Shown here piece after piece: positions 11,550 through 23,167 of a stretch of 48,121 bases of DNA. The first letter of the stretch is position 1. Each line of letters opens with the position of its first letter. Both the position numbers and the translations under genes were made by a program. Under the pieces are notes generated by a model. The model was not told the DNA's origin and searched no databases. It saw only the letters and a program-made list of their open reading frames with translations. This DNA comes from Octopus sinensis (lineage: Eukaryota), in assembly GCF_006345805.1 (NCBI RefSeq), contig NW_021834445.1:1-48121 (forward strand). Direction: 5' to 3'.

Positions 11550-11760
11550 ATATGGTAGATTCCTATAATGATAGAGAAAGTGGTGGCGTCGGCGGGAGAG
11601 TTGTTGATGCAAGTAGTAGTGTTAGAATTGTTCTAAGTGCCAGGATAATGGTGGTTGCGGTGGTTGTGGTGGTTTAGACAGCGGCAGTAGTGGTAGTGGC
11701 GAGGGCTGTAGTACTAATACAGAAATGATGGTAAAGAAGGAGAAACTGGAGGTGTGAGTG
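11456..11760. repeat. (GTA)n/(GCA)n and degenerate (GTG) trinucleotide tract
   Basis: Seen directly; explains the poly-V ORF. Confidence 0.85.
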
Positions 11761-12480
11761 ATAATGGTAGAGTTTATATCATTCGTCTGCGCCAGTGAAA
11801 GGCTTTGCAAAGGCAATTGTTTTCAGTCCGGTTCGGGCATGTTTTACTAAGTAGGTACCAAAGCTGTCATATCTCACTCTGCTGAATAGCTTGATACTTA
11901 TTACAAAAGGTTCCGATCACCCATCTATCAATCCTTCTATCTTTCTATATAATGAACCCATACGTCCGAACACGAGTGCGTCCGTCCGTCCGGCTAAGCA
12001 GTCATCTAGTCATGCAGAGAAAAAGTCTGACGTAGCGATGGAAAGACGACATGGCCGTATGTACGACCAAGTTACAGGGAGAAAAGGAAAAAAAAAAAAA
12101 AAATTAGTTTTGTGGCGGGAAAAAAGCAGAGCGAAAACTGCTCCACGGTTTGGAATACAAAATAAAGTTGGCTAAAAAGAAACCGGCAGGAACGAGATAG
12201 ATGATTGATAGGCGAGATATAAATAGTGAGACGAAGGAAAGATGTGATGAGAAAGGGGTTAAATAGTTATCTCTATATATATCTCTCTCTCAATCAATGT
12301 TTATATCCATATATGTACGTATACATGAGTGTATATATATGAGTGTGTATGTGTATGTGCATGCGTGTGTGCGTGTGCGCTCGTGTATGTGTGTGCGTGT
12401 GTTCGTATATATGTGTGTGTGTGTCGTGTGTGTTGGTGCGTGTGCGTGTATACATATATACACACACGCATATATATATG

Positions 12481-12511
<31 letters not shown>

Positions 12512-12585
12512 CTATATATATTATATATCCATATATATTTATGTGTGCGTCCGGGGTGTATGTGTGTGTGTGTGTATATATTATT

Positions 12586-12794
12586 TTCTACGCTAGGCAC
12601 AAAGCCCGAAATTTGGGGAGAGGGACCAGTCGATTAGATCGACCCCAGTACGTAACTGGTACTTAATTTATCGACCCCGAAAGGATGAAAGGCAAAGTCG
12701 ACCTCGGCGGAATTTGAATTCAGAATGTAACGGCAGACGAAATACGGCTACGCATTTCGCCCGGCGTGCTAACATTTCTGCTAGCTCGCGACCT
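12586..12794 (-). mobile_element. SINE family A with a variant 3' tail
   Basis: Body matches family A; tail ctacgctaggcacaaagcccgaaatttggggagaggg differs from the 11028 and 16228 copies. Confidence 0.88.
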
Positions 12795-12816
12795 TGTGTG
12801 TGTGTGTGCGTGTGTG

Positions 12817-12850
<34 letters not shown>

Positions 12851-13210
12851 GATGTTTTCTTCATACGTGTAAAAATTGGTTATATTAACTGAGGTAAGGA
12901 CTATTTATGTTACTAGTCTACGCTGAAATTATTATTGACAGTGACTTCGAAGTAACTGCCAAAATATATGTGTCCATATGTGCCTGCATATTTGTATGTG
13001 TGCACGTGTGTGTGCTTGTGTGTCAGTGTGTATGCATGTAGATACTACCCGAAAGTATGTTTTGGCAGTACACATATCTTTAAAAAAGATATTTTGATTT
13101 AAAAGTAACTAATAAATGAGTTCAAATTAATGAAAGCTAAGACAACTGCGTATATGAGAGATATGGTACAGACTAGATGAAACCAGGATGCACCACATAA
13201 AACAGACTTA

Positions 13211-13980
13211 CAGTAATCCCACGACTATCGCGTGTGTTACCTTCCAAAACCCCCGCGATAGGTGAAAATCCGCGAAGTAGAAACAGTACTGTACTATATA
13301 TATTTTTCTTTATTATTTTTATAATTGGTATATATATTTATTTTATTATAAATGGAAAACAGCACCAAACACTCGCCTCCTGATTTTCGTTTTCCACATA
13401 ATATATGCGATCTTGGTTTGCACATATACGATACACTCTCTTTCTTTTTCTTTTTTCTCTTTTACTAGTTTCAGTCATTTGACTGCGGCCTTGCTGGAGC
13501 AACGCCTTTAGTCGAGCAAATCGACCCCGGGACTTATTCTTTGTAAGCCCAGTACTTATTCTATCGGTCTCTTTTGCCGAACCGCTAAGTGACGGGGACG
13601 TAAACACAGACACACAAACACACACACATACATATATATATATATACATATATACGACAGGCTTCTTTCAGTTTCCGTCTACCAAATCCACTCACAAGGC
13701 ATTGGTCGGCCCGGGGCTATAGCAGAAGACACTTGCCCAAGATGCCACGCAGTGGGACGGAACCCAGAACCATGTGGTTGGTTAGCAAGCTACTTACCAC
13801 ACAGCCACTCCTGCACCTACATATTTTCTTTTAATATATTTTAATTAATGTGTTATACAGTGCAGTACTGTATTTTTACTTATTGGTTTATTAATTTTTA
13901 GGCGTGAAAATGCGTATTTTACCACAAAAATAATTAAAATCTAAAAAAAAATATAAATACCTATCGGTCGTAGAAACACG
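13211..13980 (+). mobile_element. Tc1/mariner Tigger-like MITE, left end only, interrupted by a SINE B
   Basis: TA followed by CAGTAATCCC.CGACTATCGCG...CCGCGATAGGTGAAAATCCGCGAAGTAG; no right TIR found. Confidence 0.5.
13455..13818 (-). mobile_element. SINE family B, full length with internal microsatellite
   Basis: Matches 19738-20177 in reverse. Confidence 0.92.
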
Positions 13981-13986
13981 CGTTAC

Positions 13987-14145
13987 ACTCAACTTCCTCT
14001 TTCTGTTGTACCTCTTTTTCCAAGGGCCAGCCTTGTCACACTCTGTATCACGATGAATCTCCCCGAGAACTACGTTACTGGTACACGTGCCTGTTAATTT
14101 CACGAGCAGGCTGTTCCGTGGATCGGATCAACCCTCGCCGTCGTA
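13987..14145 (+). mobile_element. SINE family C, 3' half with deletions
   Basis: tttctgttgtacc...gggccagccttgtcac...ccccgagaactacgtta...cacgagcaggctgttccg. Confidence 0.8.
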
Positions 14146-14330
14146 AATATGAACAAGCAAGAAAAAACGACAACGCAAGGACGTGGAATAAGTACAGTGT
14201 TATTGGACGCTCAGGAAAGAAAAGAAAAGAAAAAGGATTTCACGTTTCGAGCGGAGCTCTTCATCAGAAATATAGAAAAAGTCCAAAGAAGGGAAGACGG
14301 AGAAAGAAAATCGCCAACGATACACACGCG
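14146..14330 (-). mobile_element. Penelope-like terminal fragment, family E2, with hammerhead-like motif at 14237-14271
   Basis: Reverse homolog of 16020-16215; attt-CTGATGA-A-GAGC-TCC-GCTC-GAAA-CG-TG-aaat. Confidence 0.65.
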
Positions 14331-14407
14331 ACACACACACACTCACGAGCAAATAGAAATACTCAAATTCACCAGTGGTACGTATTTGAATAACATATCC
14401 CAATAAG

Positions 14408-14705
14408 TAGCACTCTGCTGGTTACGACGACGGGTGTTCCTATTGATCTGGTTATCTGAACATCGTGCTCTTAAAATTAACATTCAAATGGCTAAGCACT
14501 CCACAAATACGAGTATCCTTAAGGTAGTTCTCAAGAAGATTCAGCGTAACACACACTGCAGCAAGGACGGCCCTTTGAAAGATAGGTACGACATATATTT
14601 TCCAGTAACGTGAAATAGTGCCTCGCTCAAGGACACAACGCCCGCCGAGTACCGAACTCATAACCTTACGATCGCGATCCGAATATGATAACTGCTAAGT
14701 CACTG
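14408..14705 (-). mobile_element. Diverged SINE with a family D-type head and family C-type tail
   Basis: Tail gcactc...gttacgacgac matches C; head gctcaaggacacaacgc...accttacgatcgcg matches 27290-27391. Confidence 0.6.
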
Positions 14706-14801
14706 TACATAGCCCAATGCAGGTATACAAAATATCGTTTTAAAATTTTGGCACAAGGCCAGGAATTATGGGGGAGGGAGAGTAAGTCGATAAAATCAAC
14801 C

Positions 14802-14912
14802 CCGATAGAATAAGTACTGGGCTTACAAAGAATAAGTCCCGGGGTCGATTTGCTCGACTAAAGGCGGTGCTCCAGCATGGCGGCAGTCAAATGGCTGAAA
14901 CAAGTAAAGAGT
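14802..14912 (+). mobile_element. 5'-truncated SINE family B tail, abutting an old family A tail (14740-14802, minus)
   Basis: cgatagaataagtactgggcttacaaagaataagtcccggggtcgatttgctcgactaaaggcggtgctccagcatgg. Confidence 0.85.
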
Positions 14913-15269
14913 ATACTAAAACTTTTTATACTGTTTCTGAATAGAATGAACCATTAATTCTCCCATTTTAAATTCATATTATACACAAGCAACAACTAAC
15001 AAATAAAGCGCAACAGAGATACAGTATATGTAATATACCAGTAGTGTAATGGATACTTCAATCCATTAGACAGTTATTATAACCTTTAACTCAACTAGCC
15101 ATTGATTTACATCATCTATTTCTTATTTATTTACTATTTAGTAATTACTTAAATAGATTACATAGATAAGTACTTAAAATTAATACTACTGGTAAAATGG
15201 AGGATATACAGATTGACTCATCCCTAACGGATATTCCTATCCCTCCTAAGAACATATATATATATATGT

Positions 15270-15313
<44 letters not shown>

Positions 15314-15852
15314 TGTGTGTGTGTGTGTGATATGATATCTATGATATGTATGTAGCTGCAAACTATCCTTCTACGCTAAGTAACTGATAGATTACGTTGT
15401 GGAGATAAAAATATTACATCTTACAAAATGAGAGAAAAACTAAATTGAGAGATAGAGTGAAATAAAGGGGCGAGTGGTAGAGAGAACTGGGCTAGAACAA
15501 TTTTATTATGCTACTTGGGCGCATGGCAGGCGATACACAGGTGGGCGATCCACAGGTGGGGCCAGCAGCGTGCCTATTTCCCTTTTCTGCTTCAAAGTTT
15601 TGCTTATAAAAACTAGACTCAATAATCCAGGATAAGAAGTTTCGGTTATCATATTTTGCCAACCACTTGAAGGTAAAATGTGAATTTGGAAATCAACAGA
15701 GATGTGAACAAAATCATAGCCGCGATTCAACTCTAGCTTTACTCTTATTTAAGTAACTAGTAATATTTTAAAGGAAAATACTGACAGCTTCTAATAGTCT
15801 GGTCTGGCTGGTAAATATATATATATATATATATAAAATATATATATATATT

Positions 15853-15937
15853 ATCCGTATAATGAAGGGTGAAATTAATTAATTTGGAATAATTATCATT
15901 ACACCAGTATCTTCGGCATGTAAGCCTCATTCGAGAA
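15853..15937 (-). mobile_element. Short (TA)n-flanked fragment with a decayed hammerhead-like motif (15904-15934)
   Basis: Minus strand cgaatga-GGC-ttacat-GCC-gaag; TA repeats on both sides. Confidence 0.35.
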
Positions 15938-15965
15938 TATATATATATATATATATAGAGATATA

Positions 15966-16006
<41 letters not shown>

Positions 16007-16019
16007 TCCGGTCATTTCA

Positions 16020-16215
16020 ATATATGACCGCGTGTGTATCGTTGACGATTTTCTTTCTTCGTCTCTTCCTCCCTTTACATTTCTGATGAAGAGCTCCGCT
16101 CGAAACGTGAAATCCTCTTTCTTTTTTTTTTCCTTTCCTGAGCGTCCAATAACACTGTACTTATTCCATGTCGTTGCGCTGTTGTTTTTCCTTGCTTGTT
16201 CATGTTTGGATTGAG
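16020..16215 (+). mobile_element. Penelope-like terminal fragment, family E2, with hammerhead-like motif at 16079-16113
   Basis: attt-CTGATGA-A-GAGC-TCC-GCTC-GAAA-CG-TG-aaat; TA repeats on both sides. Confidence 0.65.
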
Positions 16216-16227
16216 TATATATATATA

Positions 16228-16461
16228 TATTTCTTTACTGCCCACAAGGGGCTAAACATAGAGGGGACAAACAAGGACAGACAAAGGGATTAAGTCGATT
16301 ACATCAACCCCAGTGCGTAACTGGTACTTAATTTAGAGACCCCGAAAGGATGAAAGGCAAAGTCGACCTCGGCGAAATTTTTGAACTCAGAACGTAACGG
16401 CAGACGAAATACGGCTACGCATTTCGCCCGGCGTGCTAACGTTTCTGCCAGCTCACCGCCT
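16228..16461 (-). mobile_element. SINE family A, full length, TSD of about 18 bp
   Basis: ttgagtatatatatatat at 16211-16228 and 16464-16481. Confidence 0.92.
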
Positions 16462-16493
16462 TCTTGAGTATATATATATATGTGTGTGTATGT

Positions 16494-16532
<39 letters not shown>

Positions 16533-17590
16533 GTGTGTAAAAGGAAAATATAGTCTATTTGGTTCGTAATCAGAGAATTATTACTATCATTAAATGAAGA
16601 TCGGTATTTCAAATCTGATTCTGTAATTGAAATGTATTATTAATTAGGCGTTCTTCATCTACCAGTGTAGTTATAAGTATACATATGATTCGAAATTCGA
16701 GATATAATTAGAGGGATTTGTATTAATCTATAACATAACTATGTTTACAAGTTAAAAGTCCTAAAAACGACGCAGACAATGCGGTGTGACATTTTTCTTA
16801 TTCATAAAACAAATTCGTTGTCTATTTTCAAATATATCCTAAGGCGAAGAAGTCATATCATTAGCTATTTTCTATAAAGACCTGTCAGATATATAGTGGT
16901 CATAGCGTGTAAATTGCTGTAAGCCATCCATGTCTAATTTTACGGCATTAATAGAAATCAAACTAATAATGAAGAAAATAACAAAATGGAAAGAAGAAAA
17001 TGAATGAAAATATAAAAGAAATAACATTCTACAACAGATGTATAACGTCTTTTCGTATTTCAGTCTCGTGCGAAATATAATTCCTGAGATGATTACTAAT
17101 CAATCTTAGTTATCATATAAAACTAGTTTGTGTAGACAAGCAACACTAAATAAAAGCTATTCTAGAAATTTAATGGCTTTGTTTCAGTCATTGGGAGGCC
17201 GGGTGGTTGTTTGTGGCTAGATAGAAAAATGTTCAAATTAAGCGCCAACCTAATTTTTGCCGCCTTTTAAAAAGAACTGAAGATATTTAGGTAAAAAAAA
17301 ATAGTTTCCTCTCTTGCACAAGCGTCTTTTCCGGAAACGTCAATAGTCTCGCTTCTTCATGGCACACGAAATCATTCAAAGACAAGAATTTTATTTAATA
17401 ATTTTTTCCGAGGCAGGCAGCGACTATTTTCCTCGGACACTGATTCTTCTGGGATTTTTATGGTTAGCTAACTTTCATGCAACAGTGTATTGGGAAGTAT
17501 TGATATATAGTACTGACTACCATAACATTTCAATTTATTTTCATAAGCAATTGCCTAATTTTTAAGTATCAACGGAATATTTGAGATACT

Positions 17591-17972
17591 GGAAGCACTC
17601 CGTCGGTTACGACGACGAGGGTTCCGGTTGATCCGAATCAACGGAACAGCCTGCTCGTGAATTAACGTGTAAGTGGCTGAGCACTCCACAGACACGTGTA
17701 CCCTTAACGTAGTTCTCGGGATATTCAGCGTGACACAGAGAGTGACAAGGCCGGCCCCTTGAAATACAGGTACAACAGAAACAGAAAGTAAGAGTGAGAG
17801 AAAGTTGTGGTGAAAGAGTACAGCAGGGATCACCACCATCCCCTGCCGGGGCCTCGTGGAGCTTTAGGTGTTTTCGTTCAATAAACACTCCCAACGCCCG
17901 GTCTGGGAATCGAAACCGCGATCCTATGACCGCGAGTCCGCTGCCATAACCACTGGGCCATTGCGCCTCCAC
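17591..17972 (-). mobile_element. SINE family C, full length with TSD
   Basis: ttgagatact at 17581-17590 and 17976-17985; intact tRNA head. Confidence 0.93.
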
Positions 17973-18696
17973 TTATTGAGATACTACAATACTTTTGTCT
18001 TTATTAGTTAAAAGGGAGTGAAAATAAAGAGTTGAAATGCTCATGAACTTTGAAGGGAAGACAACTTTATAGAAAAATTGATAACAGCATCCCAAATACC
18101 TCTTTAGGAAAATCTTCGTTCAAAAATTGCTTTTAAAAATTGCTTTCCCTTGTCGGGAAGGGGTAGCTTTGAAAATGGAAACTACTTCTGCACAGCAGAA
18201 AGGACTCTTCTTTTAAGGCCACTCTGTAATATTCTATTCCTAGTTGCAGGAATTTAATTCGTCTTATTTAAGAATGTTAGGCAACATTATTTTGGTTTAA
18301 CTATGAATTAATGAATATTTTTGTCTTTCTTTCTAAATAAGACAATGTTAATTAGTGCTCATTCATGTAGCAATGTAATAAAGCCTTCCTTATTAATTCG
18401 ATTGAGACGAACCGACTATGGTGCATCTGCGTGGTCACTCGAACTGCTAGAAGTAGCAATTTTGATCATAGTTGTTCAAGACTAGGTCTGACTCGGGACT
18501 AATCAACAAGAAAAACATCAAATTATCCTAGTTTTTAGAGGGATGGAATTATTATGCAACTAGGAATAGGGACAAATGAATACCGCTTTGTATTCAAACT
18601 GTGCTCCTTCTAATCATCGCATTTCAGTATCTCTGTGTTAATAATAATTCAGACTGTCAAGATAAAATGATATTTATTTTTTAATTGTTACGTTTA

Positions 18697-18697
18697 A

Positions 18698-18786
<89 letters not shown>
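18697..18786. repeat. (TAA)n microsatellite, about 29 units
   Basis: Seen directly. Confidence 0.95.
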
Positions 18787-19737
18787 GTAGGTGTAAACAC
18801 ATGAACAAAATAAACAAAAACAAATTACACGAACATGTATAAACAGGAGATACAAATATTACAGGCACTCCCCCCCCCACACACACACTAACTAAACATA
18901 GACACACATAGAGGTTTATGCATGCGCAAATGAAGACACATACAATAGGAATACAAAATACAAAATGGCTGACCGTTAGTAAGAAGAGACACACAAATAA
19001 GAAAGAAGAAAGCAAAGGACCACTGATGAGTGTGACGAAAGAACTCTGACCGAAATAAGATTAAGATTAATGTAAAAAATAAATAACGCTGAAGCAAATT
19101 AACATCAAATATATAGTGCGTGTGTTTTTATTGGCTAAACTGACAAAATAACCATTCCGAAATACAACATATTTTTTAATTACTTGGGAAAAACTGAACA
19201 CATTTGACATAATACCTGCTACTCACTACGAGGAACTGAACCACTCTTTCTCATCTGCTACTTCAATAATTAGGTGAAATACCAGTATGATCGACTTTTC
19301 CGATGTTGTATTTCCTATCTGAATTAAATGAATTATAAGATTTAATTTACTCATTTGGAAATTCAAATTTTTTTGTTGATGTTAACTTCTTATTTTGTTA
19401 CCCATTTGTTTCTGATTGAATATCCCTAGGATAAAAGTTATTTTAGTCATCTAGTCATGATTAACTCCTGCTAATTACAGATAAATTAGCTGAAACTGTA
19501 TCATCCAATATGAATACGATATAATTTGAGAGAAATTTGGCTGCTATTTCTAATAGGTCAAACGACCACTTTGGTCAAGTGGACAATTATTCAAGTTTAT
19601 GTATGTGGACTGTTGATCGAGTTTAGTCTAGCTGACAGTTGATTGAAATTCACCAAGAGAACAGTTGATCGCATTTATTCTATCGGAGAGACTCATAATA
19701 ATATACACACCGCTATACAGTAGTAAATAGATTTACA

Positions 19738-20177
19738 AGGAGTGGCTGTGTGGTAAGTAGCTTGCTTACCAACCACATGGTTCCGGGTTCTGTCCCACTG
19801 CGTGGCACCTTGGGCAAATGTCTTCTGCTTTAGCCTCGGGCCGACCAAAGCCTTGTGAGTGGATTTGGTAGACGGAAACTGAAAGAAGCCCGTCGTATAT
19901 ATGTATATGCATATGTGTGTGTGTGTATGTGTGTGTGTGTGTGTGTGCGTGTGTGTGGTGTGTGTGTATGTGTATGTCTGTGTTTGTCCCCCCAACATCG
20001 CTTGACAACCAATGCTGGTGTGTTTGCGTCCCCGTAACTTAGTGGTTCGGCAAAAGAGACCGATAGAATAAGTACTAGGCTTACAAAGAATAAGTCCTGG
20101 GGTCGATTTGCTCGACTAAAGGCGGTGCTCCAGCATGGCTGCAGTCAAATGGCTGAAACAAGTAAATGAGTAAAAGA
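19738..20177 (+). mobile_element. SINE family B, full length (tRNA head, CORE-like segment, internal TA/TG microsatellite, tail)
   Basis: ggagtggctgtgtggtaag...ggttccgggttc...ggcaccttgggcaa...(TA/TG)n...gtcgatttgctcgactaaaggcggtgctccagcatgg...agtaaa. Confidence 0.93.
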
Positions 20178-20956
20178 TTAACGTAAGTGTTTATTAACAA
20201 CAATAACGCACTCAACAGTTATTCATTAACTATGGACTGATGCAGTGCTGTGTTAAGGTATGGACACACTGGGCAGTTGCTCAGGGCCCGCACGGGTACA
20301 GGTCTCCAATTCTGATCTATATAGTTTCTATTTACAATATTCCAATAAAAGGACATGGCTCAAACCGTTGTTACATTAGAAGACACTGCTGACTTAGTCA
20401 GTGTCGAGCAGAGGCATCGAACCTGGAACCCCTAAAGACAGAGTGGAGCAGCACGGCATAGAGGAGTGAGAAAAGAAGAGAACGTACACGTGCGTTCGTG
20501 CATGCGTGCGTGCGTGTTTGTGAGTGCGTGTGTGTTTGTGAGTGCATGTGTGTTCATACTTCCTTATTTCATTCAAAACTTAAAAACAAAAATAAAAGAG
20601 AAAACAATCAACAGACTTTCGAAGTGAATAGATAAAATATGACTTTTGTGTTGATAGTTGTTATTACATTGACTGACAAGCACTCGTTACTGTGTGTAAG
20701 ACTCAGGAAGGAGGAAGGTGTGATAAATGTCAGCTCTTTGCTTCCTTCTTCGCTATTGTTTGGTTCTTTACTATCTCTGTGCTAATAATGTCCCAGATAC
20801 ATGCTGACTTGAGGCCAATGACACCTAGTGTGATGACTTTTGTCCCAGGGTTGCGCATACGTTTGATTACAAAATGCCTACGAGAACATACATACATTCA
20901 CGCACGCACTCCCTCACACACACACGCACACACAAACACTTATATTATTTAATGTA

Positions 20957-21050
20957 CAACGGTGGTGACCCGGCCAACGGTGGTGCCCCAGCCAACGGTG
21001 GTGCCCCAGCAGGACTGCAGCTTTAGAGCTGAAACAATTTAAAGAGAAAA
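20957..21050 (+). repeat. 3 x 18-bp tandem repeat derived from a SINE B-like tail
   Basis: caacggtggtgccccagc units at 20957, 20975 and 20993, continuing into a B-tail-like sequence. Confidence 0.8.
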
Positions 21051-21548
21051 GAAAACAGTATAAAGAGCTACTAGTAGTTTGTTGCTGTGAAGACACATGT
21101 CTAGGCAGGTTTTGAGGCTCCAAATGATCTTCTATCTCCGAGCACATGGTCTGTTCTATTTGAAAATCAGGACGCTGGTACACGAGAAATCATGAGAAAA
21201 AAATGAAAAGAGGGCTGGTGCAAAACTGAAAGGACGAATAGAGCCAGAAATAGAAAAGGAAATTAAAGTTTCGTGCTCTATAACCGTAGAAGCCAAATTA
21301 AACTAGATTGCATCATACTGCTGCTGCTTTAGTATGAAGAACATTATCACCCGTAAGCATCACCAAGAAACTAATCCCAGTTGTAACTGTTGAGATCTTG
21401 ACATTTGTCCACTTCACTAGTCTTGTATGGATGGTTAACTCCATCGTCTACGAAGCAGAAGTCTCAGCAACGCTTCAGGATAATGTAATTGGAAAGAAAA
21501 ATTACATGGGTTTATTCGAAGGTGACTTTAAAAAAATAAAAAAAATAA

Positions 21549-21706
21549 ACGCTGGGTGTCTTGTAAGAAGCTTGCTTCCCAACCACATGGTTCCAAGTTC
21601 AGTCCTGCTGCGTGGCACCTTCGGCAAGTGTCTTCTACTATAACCCCGGACCGATCAATGCCTTGAGTGGATTTGGTAACCGGAAACTGAAAGAAACCCA
21701 TCGTCT
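21549..21706 (+). mobile_element. SINE family B head (tail not found)
   Basis: gtaagaagcttgcttcccaaccacatggttcc...gcgtggcaccttcggcaagtgtcttctac...ggaaactgaaagaaaccc. Confidence 0.88.
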
Positions 21707-21906
21707 GTATATATGTGTATGTGTTCGTGTGTATGCGTGCGTGTGAGTGTGTGTGTGTGCGTGCGTGTAAGTGTGTGTGTGTTGTGTGTGTGCATATATA
21801 CACACATATATATATGTACATATATATACATATATATGTGTATATATACATATGTATGTATATATACCTGTATATACATTATATATACGTATATTCAAAT
21901 ATGTGT

Positions 21907-22472
21907 ACAAGTACGGCACTTAGACAGAGAACCACATTACGTAAGGAACAGACCCGTTTACCACAGTGCAGACCTTTTCCTTTGAGTGAACACATAGAGA
22001 GATGTGCAGGTAATATCCAACGAAACTTCACAGCTTTCCCCCCTCTACCAGTGCAAAGAAACTATTTCTGGACAAGAACGTTTAAATAAAGAAAATATGT
22101 TTATCGAAGAGCACAGAACACGCCTAAATGTGAACACATAACCAGCTTTGATCTCAGTATACATTTAAATTCATGTTCACATTCACATAAATATTTCATC
22201 TCACTCCTCCCCAAAATGAGCAATTACCTTCTCCGTAATGAATAAAAATCGATCACCAATTACCTCCGCTTAGATTTTACTACCTGTTGATTCATTTCAT
22301 TCACAACCCCCCCCCCCATACACAACATGGACTAAAATCTTCTTAAGATCATACGAAATCACAATAATTTCAATGTCATGATTAGCGAAAGCGAAATCGG
22401 TCGACAAACACAATACTCTTTCACTTATTAAATATATTTTAAAATATGTGAAAAATTTCCTTCTTTTATTTT
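21907..22472 (+). mobile_element. Penelope-like 3' fragment: GIY-YIG C-terminus plus non-coding end
   Basis: TALRQRTTLRKEQTRLPQCRPFPLSEHIERCAGNIQRNFTAFP.YQCKETISGQERLNKENMFIEEHRTRLN parallels the end of the 6113-8301 element; TA repeats on both sides. Confidence 0.75.
22374..22406 (+). ncRNA. Degenerate minimal hammerhead motif (GUC site)
   Basis: TGTC-ATGATTA-GC-GAAA-GC-GAAA-TCGG-TC-GACA; 4-bp stem I, core with two substitutions. Confidence 0.55.
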
Positions 22473-22548
22473 ATATATATATATATATATTGCATTACAA
22501 CTCATCACGTTGGGATAATCGAAATTCTCCGCCTCCCTAATTCTTACG

Positions 22549-22599
<51 letters not shown>

Positions 22600-22640
22600 C
22601 ACGCACACACGCACACACACGCACACACACATATATATAT

Positions 22641-22886
22641 ATAATTGTCACTATATGTGACTAGAGTGTTAGTGGCACCTATATTGCTAGAAATAGTAGT
22701 TAAAATGCTGTAGCCAAAGTACAAAATTGTATTCATATACACTGGCGGGGAATATCGTGCGATTATAATCCCTGTCAGAGTATATGCATGCAATCATGTA
22801 CTTTGACTAAGGCATTAGAACATTTTACCTCTTATTTCTAGCAATGTTGGTGTTTCTTATACCCTAGTCACATTAGTAACAATTAT
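22641..22886. mobile_element. MITE with imperfect TIRs of about 55 bp at a TA site
   Basis: ataattgtcacta.atgtgactag...attgctagaaatag mirrored by tatttctagcaat...ctagtcacattagtaacaattat. Confidence 0.7.
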
Positions 22887-22946
22887 AGTTTCCTTTTTGG
22901 TAAAACATTGCAGACTACTGCCTGTATTAATTTTATATACATACAC

Positions 22947-22982
<36 letters not shown>

Positions 22983-23167
22983 CTATCTATATATATATAT
23001 ATATATAGAATAACACAAGTGGGTTTAAAATTATTCCACAGCTGTTTTGGCAGCATTTTATTGATGCATTCTTAGATTACAGCACAGCAAAAGCCCGTCA
23101 TCATCACGTAAATTCGGCAAGTTTTGATCCTTTCACCCACACGATTTTCACTAAGAAAAGAAAAACT

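Noticed and set aside
15617-15672. Possible plus-strand exon SIIQDKKFRLSYFANHLK
   Set aside because: Weak acceptor, no partner exons, no homology recognised
19022-19055. CTGATGA-GT-GTG-AC-GAAA hammerhead-like string
   Set aside because: Stem II is only 2 bp with a 3-nt loop, stem I only 2 bp, and there is no palindromic stem III or TA-flanked element context
20230-20300. hAT-like end cagtgctgtgttaagg...gctcagggccc
   Set aside because: No matching opposite TIR or TSD found
20957-21010. CRISPR-like direct repeats
   Set aside because: Units are contiguous with no spacers, there are no cas genes, and the context is eukaryotic
21060-21500. Protein-like frames (YQRPDFQIEQTMCSEIEDHLEPQN...; NEKRAGAKLKGRIEPEIEK...)
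   Set aside because: No convincing donor site, several stops and no recognisable family
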